Shown here: piece by piece, positions 8,990 through 18,172 of the stretch
Position numbering within the stretch: the stretch's first letter is position 1
Layout: each line of letters starts with the position of its first letter
Origin: Candidatus Latescibacterota bacterium
Lineage (GTDB): Bacteria > Latescibacterota > UBA2968 > UBA8231
Direction of reading: 5' to 3'
Assembly: GCA_965203175.1 (NCBI GenBank)
Contig: OZ241867.1
Span: forward strand, 672,001 to 736,000
Length of the DNA stretch: 64,000 nt
Notes under the pieces: generated by a model
What the model saw: only the letters and a program-made list of their open reading frames with translations
What the model was told of the DNA's origin: nothing
The model's database searches: none
Program-made: the position numbers and the translations under genes

Positions 8990-10936
8990 GTGGCCGCCGA
9001 TCAGCAAAAAATCAACACGCCCTCACACCAGCCCCCCGGGCTGACCTTGCGGGCCTTAGTCCTCGGCTTGATCCTCTCGCTACTGGTCGGCGCGGTCGGG
9101 CCCTATCTCTCGCTGTATATCCAAGGAGCCAATGCCAGCAGCTATTTTACCAGCCAGATAGCCCTTTGCGTCTTGTTCGTCCTCATCGTCGGCTGTAACG
9201 GGATACTGGGGGCTATGCGGCGCACTTGGGTCTTGCAAAAGGGCGAGTTACTCGTCGTCTTCATCCTGACCAGCTTGGCCAACTCGACCCACATCTTGGT
9301 ACATCAGTGGGTGCCCGTAGTATCCAGTCCTTTATACTACGCCCGTTCCGAAAACAACTGGTTGGAACTGATCAATCCCCACATTCCCTCCTGGCTCGCG
9401 CCGCGCGATCCCGAAGCCATCCGCGCCTTTTTTGAAGGCACCGAAGGGGAAGCCGCGGGCATTCCCTGGCAGGTCTGGTTTGAGCCGATAGCAGGCTGGC
9501 TGCCCATGGTCGTGGCCATGCACGTGGCCACCCTGTGCCTAATGGTAATCCTGCGGCGGCGCTGGGTAGAGCACGAGCGGCTGATCTATCCGGTGATGCA
9601 GGTGCCCCTCGCCATGGTGCAAGACGACGAACGGGGGTCGCTCATCAAGCCGTTTTTCCGCAATCCAGTGATGTGGGTCGGCTTTGCCGTGTCTGCAATC
9701 ACCGGAGCCGTGGCCGGCCTGCACGCGTACTTTTCCTTTGTCCCGGCGGTGCAGTTGCACGCCAGCATCCCGCTTTTCGGCGGCGTCCGGCTGAGTTTTG
9801 CCACGCTGGGCTTTTTCTTTTTAATCCAACGCGAGGTGGCCCTCGGGCTGTGGGTATTCACCCTGCTCAACAACTTGCAGGAATTCGTCTATCAAGAGAT
9901 CGGCTGGGGGGTGAGTGCTGCGCCCGCGGTGAGCGTGTGGAGCTACGGCCTGCCCAGCCTCGTCCATCAGGGCATGGGGGCGATGATCGCGCTGGTCATC
10001 GGCGGCTTCTGGGTGGGCCGCGAGCACCTGTGGAACGTCTGTCGCAAGGCATTCGGCCGCGCGCCGGACGTCGATGACAGCGACGAGGTCCTGTCCTATC
10101 GCGCCGCAGTCTTCGGGCTACTGGGCAGCACCGGAGTCATGGTGTTGTGGCTGTGGAATTTGGGCATGCCGCCGTGGGGGGTCGCGGTCTTCTTGTTTTT
10201 CGCGCTGGTGATCTTCGTCGCTCTGACCCGGGTAATCGCCGAAGGAGGCGTCGCCCTAATCTACACTCCCATGGTCGCGGCCGACGCGGCCGTGTCAGCC
10301 GTTGGCACGTCGGCCTTTTTCGGGCCAGCGGGGTTGGTCGGCCTCGCTTTCACCCGCATCTTGGGCAATGACCTGCTCAATTTCGCCATGCCGCACGTGG
10401 CCAACGGACTAAAGCTGAGCGAGCAGATCGAAGGGCGGCGGCGACGGCTGTTCTGGGGCATGTTGGCGGCTATCCTGCTGGGCCTGGCCGGGTCGCTGTG
10501 GATGCTGCTGCACTTGGCCTACACCCACGGGGCGATCAACCTGCGGCCAGTGCATTTTATCTGGCTGCCGACCTATCTAGGGGATTATACGGCCGCGCGC
10601 ATCGCCAACCCCTCGGGGCCGTACTGGCTGGGCTGGTTCCACGCCGGGGTCGGCAGCACGGCCATGGGACTTTTGATGTTGGCGCGGCGTTACTGGGGCT
10701 GGTGGCCGCTGCATCCCATCGGCTTTCCCATCAGCTCTACCTTCCACTGGATGGCTTTCAACGCCTTTTTAGCTTGGCTTTTCAAGACGCCAATCCTGCG
10801 CTACGGTGGGGTAAACGCATACCGGACGGTGCGGCCGTTTTTTCTCGGGCTGGTGCTCGGGCAATTCGCCATCTACGGCGTGTTCTGGGTGATAGACGGT
10901 CTGACCGGCATGATCGGCAACGGCCTGTTCCTCTAG
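8990..10936 (+). CDS. DUF6785/DUF6784-like polytopic membrane protein (putative transporter)
   Basis: 648 aa with many transmembrane segments; LRRRWVEHERLIYP, TRVIAEGG, WWPLHPIGFP and ILRYGG..PFFLGLVLG motifs that I associate with this family. Confidence 0.7.
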   Translation: MAADQQKINTPSHQPPGLTLRALVLGLILSLLVGAVGPYLSLYIQGANASSYFTSQIALCVLFVLIVGCNGILGAMRRTWVLQKGELLVVFILTSLANSTHILVHQWVPVVSSPLYYARSENNWLELINPHIPSWLAPRDPEAIRAFFEGTEGEAAGIPWQVWFEPIAGWLPMVVAMHVATLCLMVILRRRWVEHERLIYPVMQVPLAMVQDDERGSLIKPFFRNPVMWVGFAVSAITGAVAGLHAYFSFVPAVQLHASIPLFGGVRLSFATLGFFFLIQREVALGLWVFTLLNNLQEFVYQEIGWGVSAAPAVSVWSYGLPSLVHQGMGAMIALVIGGFWVGREHLWNVCRKAFGRAPDVDDSDEVLSYRAAVFGLLGSTGVMVLWLWNLGMPPWGVAVFLFFALVIFVALTRVIAEGGVALIYTPMVAADAAVSAVGTSAFFGPAGLVGLAFTRILGNDLLNFAMPHVANGLKLSEQIEGRRRRLFWGMLAAILLGLAGSLWMLLHLAYTHGAINLRPVHFIWLPTYLGDYTAARIANPSGPYWLGWFHAGVGSTAMGLLMLARRYWGWWPLHPIGFPISSTFHWMAFNAFLAWLFKTPILRYGGVNAYRTVRPFFLGLVLGQFAIYGVFWVIDGLTGMIGNGLFL

Positions 10937-10938
10937 CG

Positions 10939-12534
10939 CTACGGAGTGGCGGGGATGCGGTTCACCCACAAGCTCACGCGGCCGAGGCGATCGGGCGGGG
11001 GAAAGGGCGGAAAGACGTGCATCCCACCGGCGACGATGTCGGGCCGGCCATCGCCGTCTAGATCGCCCAGATCCGTGGTGATGAAATGAGAGGGGTCGCG
11101 GGTAATGGCGTGGCGCGTGAAGCGCTGCTGGCCGTCGTTTTCCAGCCAGATCAATCCTTGGCGGGGCAAGTGCTCCCAGTAATTGGCCGTGCTGCTCATA
11201 AAGCAATTGGCCGCCACAATGTCCAAGTCGCCGTCCAAATCCAAGTCGGCAGCATTCGCCGAGTACGCTCCGTAGAACCGGGTGAGATCGTGGTACACAA
11301 AGCGCAACGCGCCCACGTTCTCCAGCCACTGCACCCCGTGATACGGCTTGGCATCCGTGCCGTCAAAACCGTCGCCGTTGGTAAACAAAATGTCGAGGTC
11401 GGCGTCCTGATCTAAATCGACCAACTCAATGCCCGACGAACCAAACGCCGGATTGCGCGCTTCAAACAAAACGTGCTCGGCAAACGCACCGCCGCCTTGG
11501 TTGATAAACGCGACGATCTCTTCAAACTCTTGGGTTATCAGAGCGACGATGTCGGGCTTGCCATCGCCATTGAGGTCGCCGATGGGCACGTGCGTGCAGC
11601 CGCTTTTGCTCGACAAGGTGTGGACCTTGTTGTGCGGGCTGCCCGTCACTTGCTCCAGCCACGCGACTTCGCCCGTGCGATACCAGCCAAACATGGCGAG
11701 CGCAAAGTCCCAGTCGCCGTCGCCGTCCAAGTCCGCAGGCCGCACATCCGCGATGCGGGGCATGTCCTTTAATACGACGATGGGCCTGAAGGACTCGCGG
11801 CCGTCGTTGACCAGCAGGACCACTTGTCCGAGGAGGTCGTCCGTGGGCATCAATTGGCCCAGCAGCGCGACGACGATGTCCAAGTCGCCATCGCCTTCAA
11901 AGTCAAACACCGCAGAGCGGGCCGGTGCCTTAAAGCCCGGCAGGGGAGTGCGCAACCCCGCGAGGACGGTTTCCTCCCAGCGGCCTCCTCGCTGGTGGAT
12001 CCAAGACAACAGGTGATACTGGGCGTCGCAAACCAAGACATCTGGTTTATGATCGCGGTTCAGATCCACGACGTTGACATTGGCGATCTTGGGCCACGAG
12101 GTCCATTCTTCGGGATCGAAATCCCGCACGGGCTGGCCGAGGACGTACTTCTGCAAGGACGGTGTGGGTTCTTCGGGGTCCGATGGCAAGACCGCGAAGG
12201 CTTCAGGGCTGTTTGCGACGTAGAAATCCAAGCATTCCTTTTTGTGCGCCTCGGATATGGCAGTCTCTTGTTGCTCCATCAAATCAAACATCAACTGCAT
12301 TTTTTGCGGCCACAGTTCCTGTGTCAGGACCTGTGGATGGGGCACGGCATGGCACATGCCGCAATAGGCCAAAACAGGTGGAGGGAGGGAGTCGGGGGCT
12401 GCGATTATGGGTGGATGCGCCGGCATGGGGATCGCGGGCGAGTGCAGAGCATCCCAGAGGCCGGCTTTCTTTATTCCAATAGCGAAAGCGACTAGGGCTA
12501 GGCCGGCCAGCAGGATTTGCATTAATTTTCTCAT
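10939..12534 (-). CDS. FG-GAP/VCBS repeat beta-propeller protein with N-terminal c-type heme motif
   Basis: N-terminal signal/anchor; CGMCH (12349-12363); about seven repeats such as DLNRDHKPDV, DFEGDGDLDIV, DLDGDGDWDF, DLNGDGKPDIV, DLDLDGDLDIV, DLDGDGRPDIV. Confidence 0.85.
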   Translation of the reverse strand: MRKLMQILLAGLALVAFAIGIKKAGLWDALHSPAIPMPAHPPIIAAPDSLPPPVLAYCGMCHAVPHPQVLTQELWPQKMQLMFDLMEQQETAISEAHKKECLDFYVANSPEAFAVLPSDPEEPTPSLQKYVLGQPVRDFDPEEWTSWPKIANVNVVDLNRDHKPDVLVCDAQYHLLSWIHQRGGRWEETVLAGLRTPLPGFKAPARSAVFDFEGDGDLDIVVALLGQLMPTDDLLGQVVLLVNDGRESFRPIVVLKDMPRIADVRPADLDGDGDWDFALAMFGWYRTGEVAWLEQVTGSPHNKVHTLSSKSGCTHVPIGDLNGDGKPDIVALITQEFEEIVAFINQGGGAFAEHVLFEARNPAFGSSGIELVDLDQDADLDILFTNGDGFDGTDAKPYHGVQWLENVGALRFVYHDLTRFYGAYSANAADLDLDGDLDIVAANCFMSSTANYWEHLPRQGLIWLENDGQQRFTRHAITRDPSHFITTDLGDLDGDGRPDIVAGGMHVFPPFPPPDRLGRVSLWVNRIPATP

Positions 12535-12701
12535 TAAGGAACGGGTCCTTACCGTAGAGACGGTCGTAGGGGATGCCCTGTTTAGTACACGCCCGCGCGG
12601 AATTCGCCAATTCGTCCGACTGCGAAACGTCCGTTATAAGATAGCTCGCAATGCTTCAGTCGTTGTCCAGTACGATAAGGTCGCCCAATCGAGGCAGGCA
12701 A

Positions 12702-14033
12702 ATGCGAATAGTCCCATTCTTCATTTGGGGGCCGTTGCTGTGGGCGTGTGGAGATGCGTCAGAAGTCCATTACGACACCTGCAATCGCCACGCCGAAGAA
12801 GGACGCTATGTCCAAGCCATTGCGGAGTGTCGCCGCGCCGTGGCAGCCGATTCTTCTTACGCAGAAGCCCACCTGCTTCTGGCGCGCCTACTGCTCAAAC
12901 ACGGCCAGCCCGAATTGGCGGCACAGCACTGCCAGCAGGTGATCGAACTCGAGCCGCAGCGCGCCGAAGGCTATTTCGCGCTCGGCAGGACATTTGCGCG
13001 CCAGCGCCGCAACGACGAAGCCGAAGTCGCGTATAGACAGGCCATCCAGCTAGACTCCAGCCGCGCCGCAACCTACCACCAACTCGCGGTCGTTCTCATC
13101 GACGACGACCGCTATGCAGCTGCGGGCGACGCGCTCCAAAAGGCCCTGTCGCTCCAGCCAAAGAATGCAATCATGCAGTACAGCCTAGGCATGATCTGCG
13201 AGCGCCAGGGTCAATACGAAGCGGCCATTGCCCACTGGCAGCAGGCCGCGCAGCTCGATTCCAGCTACGCCCAAGCCCACTACCAGCTAGGACAAATCTT
13301 TGCGAAAATCGGACGCGGCCAAGAAGCAGAGGCCAGCTTGCGCGCGGCACTGCGCCAGCAGCCCGCCCACGCCAAGGCGCGCATTGCGCTGGGACAGGTG
13401 CTGCTGCAACAGGGGCAACTCGCCGCAGCCGAGGCCGCTTGGCAGCAAGCCATTGCGTCCGACCCCTTTGAACCCGAGGCATTTCACCGGCTCGGCGCGC
13501 TCTATCTCCGGCAGGGGAAGGAAGCGGAAGGAGAACGATTACTCGCAGCTTTCGCGCGACTCCAAACCGCGAGCGAGGAAATCGGGCACTACCGCTACCT
13601 GCTACAGCTCTACCCAGAGGACTCGCACGCCCACTACAATCTCGGCGTACTCTACGCCGACCAAGGGCACCCCCAAGCCGCGATCGCCGAGTATCGCAAA
13701 GCACTGTCCATCAACCCAGCCGACCTCAGTGCGCGCAACAACCTAGCCAACATCCTCCTCAAGCAGGGGCGGTTGGCCGAGGCCATACAAGAGTACGAGA
13801 CCATCCTCCGCTACCACCCGCTCTACGTCCGCGCTTACAACAACTTAGGCATCACGTACATGCGCAGGGGCCAGCTAGACGCCGCGGCCCAAGCCCTGCA
13901 AAAGGCTCTCAGAATAGACCCCAATTTCGCGGACGCCCACTACAACTTGGGGCTGATTTATCTCAAACAGGGGCAAACGGCCCGCGGCGAGGCAACCATG
14001 GCGACCTACCGGCATTTGCAGGCGCGGCCATGA
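12702..14033 (+). CDS. Tetratricopeptide repeat protein, probable lipoprotein
   Basis: MRIVPFFIWGPLLWAC lipobox-like start; many TPR units (AHYNLGVLY, AYNNLGITY, AHYNLGLIY). Confidence 0.85.
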   Translation: MRIVPFFIWGPLLWACGDASEVHYDTCNRHAEEGRYVQAIAECRRAVAADSSYAEAHLLLARLLLKHGQPELAAQHCQQVIELEPQRAEGYFALGRTFARQRRNDEAEVAYRQAIQLDSSRAATYHQLAVVLIDDDRYAAAGDALQKALSLQPKNAIMQYSLGMICERQGQYEAAIAHWQQAAQLDSSYAQAHYQLGQIFAKIGRGQEAEASLRAALRQQPAHAKARIALGQVLLQQGQLAAAEAAWQQAIASDPFEPEAFHRLGALYLRQGKEAEGERLLAAFARLQTASEEIGHYRYLLQLYPEDSHAHYNLGVLYADQGHPQAAIAEYRKALSINPADLSARNNLANILLKQGRLAEAIQEYETILRYHPLYVRAYNNLGITYMRRGQLDAAAQALQKALRIDPNFADAHYNLGLIYLKQGQTARGEATMATYRHLQARP

Positions 14034-14053
14034 GGCAAATGCCCATTTTCTTG

Positions 14054-14085
14054 TTGACAAATACAACATATAGACTTTTATATCA
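14054..14085 (+). promoter_or_regulatory. Possible sigma70-type promoter for 14132..15052
   Basis: TTGACA at 14054-14059 with AT-rich TTTATAT 17-18 nt downstream. Confidence 0.4.
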
Positions 14086-14131
14086 ACATAAAGTTTAGCC
14101 CTCCCACCTCATTCAAGAAAGGGACTTCAGG

Positions 14132-15052
14132 ATGAAACGCTCGTATCTCGCCCTGATCCTAGTGCTCGCCGTCGCTGGAGTGGCCTTGGCCCACAACGGC
14201 GTAACGGGTTTTATCCCTACAATTCCAGACCCCAACGCCATGGTCATCGACGGCTCCGAAGACGACTGGGCCTGGATCGATCCAGACTTCATCATCGCGC
14301 CCGAGCAGATCGAGGCCCAAAGCGGCGACGGCACTGGTCTCGGCGGCAACGGCGTCCCGGACGACTGGTCGGCCAGCTATCGCATGGGTTGGAGTCCGCC
14401 GCCGGACAACTCCCTCTATTTATTCGCCCGCGTCACCGACGACACCCTCGGCGCAGCCGAGTCCGAGGTAAAGCGCAATTGGTGGAACGACGACTCCATT
14501 GAGTTCAACATGGACATGGACCACTCCGGCGGGCCGATGTCCTGGACGAGCACCGAGGAAGTGTACAACGGGTATCGCATCAACATCCACCCGCTGTTCG
14601 ACTCCCAACTCGGCGGCACCATTTCCATCGACTTGCAGGAGCCCGGCCTAGAGGACTGGGGGGCATTGCCGCCGTATTGCACCACTGCGGCCACCCTCCT
14701 GCCAACGGACGCCAGCCACCTGTCGGCCAACGTCGAGTACACGTACGAGATGAAAATCTCGCCCCCGTTCGTGCGCTACGACATCCTCGGTCCAGATTCC
14801 AGCATTCCGCACGTGTTCGCACCCGATCAGGTGATCGGTCTGCACACCCTGTGGATGGACCGCGACCGGGAAGCCCACGGGCAGCAGAGCATCTTTGGGC
14901 GCACGGGCAGCGGATTCAACACCGCTGCAAACGGCGACAATCTGTGTGACTACGTGATCATCGAAACCGTCGATCTGGCCAACTATCCGACCGTATCCAC
15001 GGCCGTAGAGCACACCACCTGGGGCCGCATCAAAAATCACATCAGCCGCTAG
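14132..15052 (+). CDS. Secreted CBM9/DOMON-like protein with C-terminal TAVExxTWGRIK motif (306 aa)
   Basis: 20-aa signal peptide ending ALA; IDGSEDDW, LYLFARVTDD, DMDHSGG, NVEYTYEMK; collinear with 7951..8880. Confidence 0.75.
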   Translation: MKRSYLALILVLAVAGVALAHNGVTGFIPTIPDPNAMVIDGSEDDWAWIDPDFIIAPEQIEAQSGDGTGLGGNGVPDDWSASYRMGWSPPPDNSLYLFARVTDDTLGAAESEVKRNWWNDDSIEFNMDMDHSGGPMSWTSTEEVYNGYRINIHPLFDSQLGGTISIDLQEPGLEDWGALPPYCTTAATLLPTDASHLSANVEYTYEMKISPPFVRYDILGPDSSIPHVFAPDQVIGLHTLWMDRDREAHGQQSIFGRTGSGFNTAANGDNLCDYVIIETVDLANYPTVSTAVEHTTWGRIKNHISR

Positions 15053-15076
15053 CGCTCTGCATACCGGCAAGGCAGT

Positions 15077-15120
15077 AAAAAAGGGGACGAGGTTCAACAC
15101 ACCTCGTCCCCTTTCTATTT
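15077..15120. terminator. Bidirectional intrinsic terminator
   Basis: AAAAAA-GGGGACGAGGT-(7 nt)-ACCTCGTCCCC-TTTCTATTT between convergent genes. Confidence 0.85.
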
Positions 15121-15154
15121 CCTTTCGATCTTTTCGTCCAAAGCACCTTGTCCG

Positions 15155-16036
15155 CTAGGAGGTAATCTCAAGAGCCTCCACCTGCGCCAACAGCGTCTCG
15201 CGCTCGTCGGAACTCACGGCTCGCAACGGCCGCCGGGGGTCGCCGCACTCCATCCCAATGCGCTGACCGACCACGGCCAAGATACAGCCAAAATAGCCGA
15301 ATTGCGTCACCACGCCGTGAAAGGCATTGGCTCGTTCTTGGGCTGCTTGGGCAGCAGCCAGATCGCCCGCCTGATAGGCATTCCAAATGGCCATCCACAG
15401 TTCCGGAGCCGCGCACAAAGGACCATCGACCGACCCCACGGCTCCGACAGTCATGGCCGGCAACATCAGCTTGCCGCTGCCGATAAAGGCATCTAACCCC
15501 ATGCCGACGAATTCGATCAGGTTGGAGAATATCGGCGACGAGTGTTTCAAACCGACAGTTTGGGGCACTTCCTCGACTAGGCGCTGCATCAGAGCCGGAC
15601 TGACATCGAGACCAGTACAGCCAGGCAAATTGTAGATAAACAGCGGCCGGTCGGCCGCAGCCCCCACGGCCCGATAGTATTCTACCACTCCATCGTCGTC
15701 GCCCTGGTAGAAAAAGGGCGGCACCGCGCAGATAGCTTCCACTCCAGCTTGCGCTGCATGCGCCGCCAATTTTTCGGCCCGCGCCGTGGTGTTGGCTCCC
15801 ACGTGCATGATGACTTGAGTGCGTCCCGCGTTCTGGTCGGCGGAGATCTCGGCGATGCGCTGGTTCTCCTCGTCGTCGAGCAGGACGCTCTCGCCGGTGC
15901 CGCCGGCGACCCAAAAGCCGTGTACGCCGGCTTGTATATTGAACTCCATGGTGGCGCGGAAGGCCTCTTCGTTTAAGGTGCCATCCTCGTTTTTCGGACT
16001 GATAATCGCCGGTACCACCCCTTGGAACTGTCCCAT
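15155..16036 (-). CDS. Dihydrodipicolinate synthase/N-acetylneuraminate lyase family aldolase
   Basis: GGTGES, IYNLP and GLKHSS (Schiff-base Lys) motifs; RBS AAGGAGG. Confidence 0.9.
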   Translation of the reverse strand: MGQFQGVVPAIISPKNEDGTLNEEAFRATMEFNIQAGVHGFWVAGGTGESVLLDDEENQRIAEISADQNAGRTQVIMHVGANTTARAEKLAAHAAQAGVEAICAVPPFFYQGDDDGVVEYYRAVGAAADRPLFIYNLPGCTGLDVSPALMQRLVEEVPQTVGLKHSSPIFSNLIEFVGMGLDAFIGSGKLMLPAMTVGAVGSVDGPLCAAPELWMAIWNAYQAGDLAAAQAAQERANAFHGVVTQFGYFGCILAVVGQRIGMECGDPRRPLRAVSSDERETLLAQVEALEITS

Positions 16037-16058
16037 GTTTTCCTCCTTAGTACCACAT

Positions 16059-16067
16059 TGTTATACT
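16059..16067 (+). promoter_or_regulatory. Possible extended -10 element for 16139..17311
   Basis: TG-T-TATACT in the divergent intergenic gap. Confidence 0.3.
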
Positions 16068-16138
16068 ACCTCAGCAGCCTTTCAATATAGGCGTCGATTT
16101 CTCCCCTTCCAACACTCAAACCACCAGGAGAGGATGGT

Positions 16139-17311
16139 ATGAAGACCTATCGCGTAGCCATACTGGGTTGCCGGGGCCGCGGCACGGCCGCAGCACGCGC
16201 GTACCACGCCCACCCCCGCACGGAAATCGTCGCCCTCTGCGACCTCGTGCAAGACCTGCTCGACACCCTAGGCGACGAACTCGGTGTCGCGGCCCGCTAC
16301 ACCGACCTAGACGAGATGATGGACCAGCACCAACCCGACATCGTCGCCATTCCCACCGGCACGGAATTCCACCACTCGCTGGCGCTGCGCGTACTCGAAT
16401 ACGGTGCCCACATCGACATTGAAAAACCCCTGTGCGTCGATTGCCAAGAAGCCGACGAGGTGCTGGCCAAGGCCCGCGAAAAAAACGCGCGCATTGCCGT
16501 GCATCACCAAGGGCGCGTCGGCGTCTATATGAAAGCCGTGGCCAAAGCCCTTGCCGAGGGACGCATCGGCCAGTTGCGCCACATCCACGGCCACGGCAAG
16601 AACTACTATGGCGGCTACAACCTAATGAACATCGGCACGCACATGATCAACAACATGATCAAGGTCACCGGCCCGTGCCACAGCGTCGCGGCCACCGCCA
16701 CCACCGATGGCCACCCCATCACCCCGACGGATGTGGTGCCCTCTGCGCAGGGCATGGGCACCATCGCCGGCGAACACATCACTGCGACGCTCAGCTTCGC
16801 CGCCGACGTCACCGCAACCCTCCTGCAACACCGCTTTCCCACCGCGGTCAATCCAGTGATAGAATTCTGCGGCAGCGAAGGCCGCTTAGTGCTCTCGCAG
16901 CTCGTCTGGAAAAGGGACCTCGGCGCGTTCCTGCTGCCGCAGCCCCACTACGCCCTCAACGACCAAAGAGAACCCTATGAAGTGCTTCCGCCCATCTACT
17001 GCGAGAGCTACGATCCGCAGAGTTCCGCTCACCCAGACGACTACGCCTATGTAGAGGAATACGTCGCGGCACTCGACGAGGGCCGCGAGCACGAATGCAG
17101 CGGCCAAGCCGGCCATCACATCGTGGAAATCATGATGGGCATCTTCGAATCTGCCGCGTACGGCAAACGAGTGGACTTACCCCAACAGGACCGCGCCCAT
17201 CCCCTCCTGCGCTGGCGGAGCGAAAACGGCCTGCCCCCACCCGATCCCATGCCGCGTCCATACAAAGAGTGGCTGGCGGCAGAGGACGTGCGCTTGGGGA
17301 GGAATGGTTAA
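16139..17311 (+). CDS. Gfo/Idh/MocA family oxidoreductase
   Basis: VAILGCRGRG Rossmann start, IEKP motif, NIGTHMI. Confidence 0.9.
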   Translation: MKTYRVAILGCRGRGTAAARAYHAHPRTEIVALCDLVQDLLDTLGDELGVAARYTDLDEMMDQHQPDIVAIPTGTEFHHSLALRVLEYGAHIDIEKPLCVDCQEADEVLAKAREKNARIAVHHQGRVGVYMKAVAKALAEGRIGQLRHIHGHGKNYYGGYNLMNIGTHMINNMIKVTGPCHSVAATATTDGHPITPTDVVPSAQGMGTIAGEHITATLSFAADVTATLLQHRFPTAVNPVIEFCGSEGRLVLSQLVWKRDLGAFLLPQPHYALNDQREPYEVLPPIYCESYDPQSSAHPDDYAYVEEYVAALDEGREHECSGQAGHHIVEIMMGIFESAAYGKRVDLPQQDRAHPLLRWRSENGLPPPDPMPRPYKEWLAAEDVRLGRNG

Positions 17312-17335
17312 TTCAACGACTGACGGGAGCTCAAC

Positions 17336-18172
17336 GTGAACGACACTGAAAAATTCCTCTTCGACTTGCAGGGCTTCATCGTCGTCCGCGGGTTTCTCTC
17401 GCAACGCGAAGTCAAAGCCCTCAACGACGCTTTCGACGCCAACTGGGATCAGCGCCGCGAAGACCCAATCGGCGATCCCAGCGGCAACATGGCTGGGCTG
17501 CATAAACGCAGCATCCTCACCGGTATGCTCACCTATGAGCAGCCCCATTGCCAGCCCTTCCGCGACCTGCTCGCGCACCGCAAGCTCCTGCCCTACCTCG
17601 ACACTCTGCACGGACGCGGCTGGAAGCTCGACCACGAGCCGCTCATGATCACCGGTTCCAAGGGCATCGAAGGCCTGCGCATCCACGGCACCACCAACGT
17701 CCTCTTCAATGGCTCCCGCTTCTACGCGTACACCAACGGCCAGATGCGCTGCGGCCTGCTCGTCGTCCAGTACACTTTGCACGACCAAAACCCTGGCGAC
17801 GGTGGCCTCTGCGTCATTCCGGGCAGCCACAAGGCGAACTTTTCCTGTCCTCCGAAAATTACGACTTGGGAGGAGCACCAAGAGGTCGTGTACCAAGTGC
17901 CCTTGAAGGCCGGCGACATGGTCATCTTCAGCGAGAACACCTTGCACGGCACCCTGCCGTGGCAGGCGGACCACGACCGCCGCGCCCTGCTCTACCGGTA
18001 CACGCCGAAGTACCTGCACTACGACGGCGGCACGTACGAGGTCGCGCAGCCAGCATGGGTGTCAGAATTGACTGAAGCGCAGCAGGCGGTGCTCGAACCA
18101 CCCTACATCTACCACCACCCCCTCATAGAACCAGACGGCGAAACCGTGGTCCGTCCACGCCGCGAGGATTAG
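17336..18172 (+). CDS. PhyH-family Fe(II)/2OG oxygenase, non-canonical HGT site
   Basis: FLFDLQGF, IPGSHK, KAGDMVIFSENTLHGTLPW, RRALLYRY. Confidence 0.85.
   Translation: MNDTEKFLFDLQGFIVVRGFLSQREVKALNDAFDANWDQRREDPIGDPSGNMAGLHKRSILTGMLTYEQPHCQPFRDLLAHRKLLPYLDTLHGRGWKLDHEPLMITGSKGIEGLRIHGTTNVLFNGSRFYAYTNGQMRCGLLVVQYTLHDQNPGDGGLCVIPGSHKANFSCPPKITTWEEHQEVVYQVPLKAGDMVIFSENTLHGTLPWQADHDRRALLYRYTPKYLHYDGGTYEVAQPAWVSELTEAQQAVLEPPYIYHHPLIEPDGETVVRPRRED

Noticed and set aside
12551-12600. ACCGT-AGAG-ACGGT hairpin and adjacent GTAGGGGA as a second full REP copy
   Set aside because: Only a half-site with no complementary CCCCTAC arm; noted as a possible remnant only.
10939-14033. Recurring DNA words in the FG-GAP and TPR genes as a possible repeat array or CRISPR
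   Set aside because: They reflect protein repeat units; there are no identical, regularly spaced DNA repeats with unique spacers and no cas genes.
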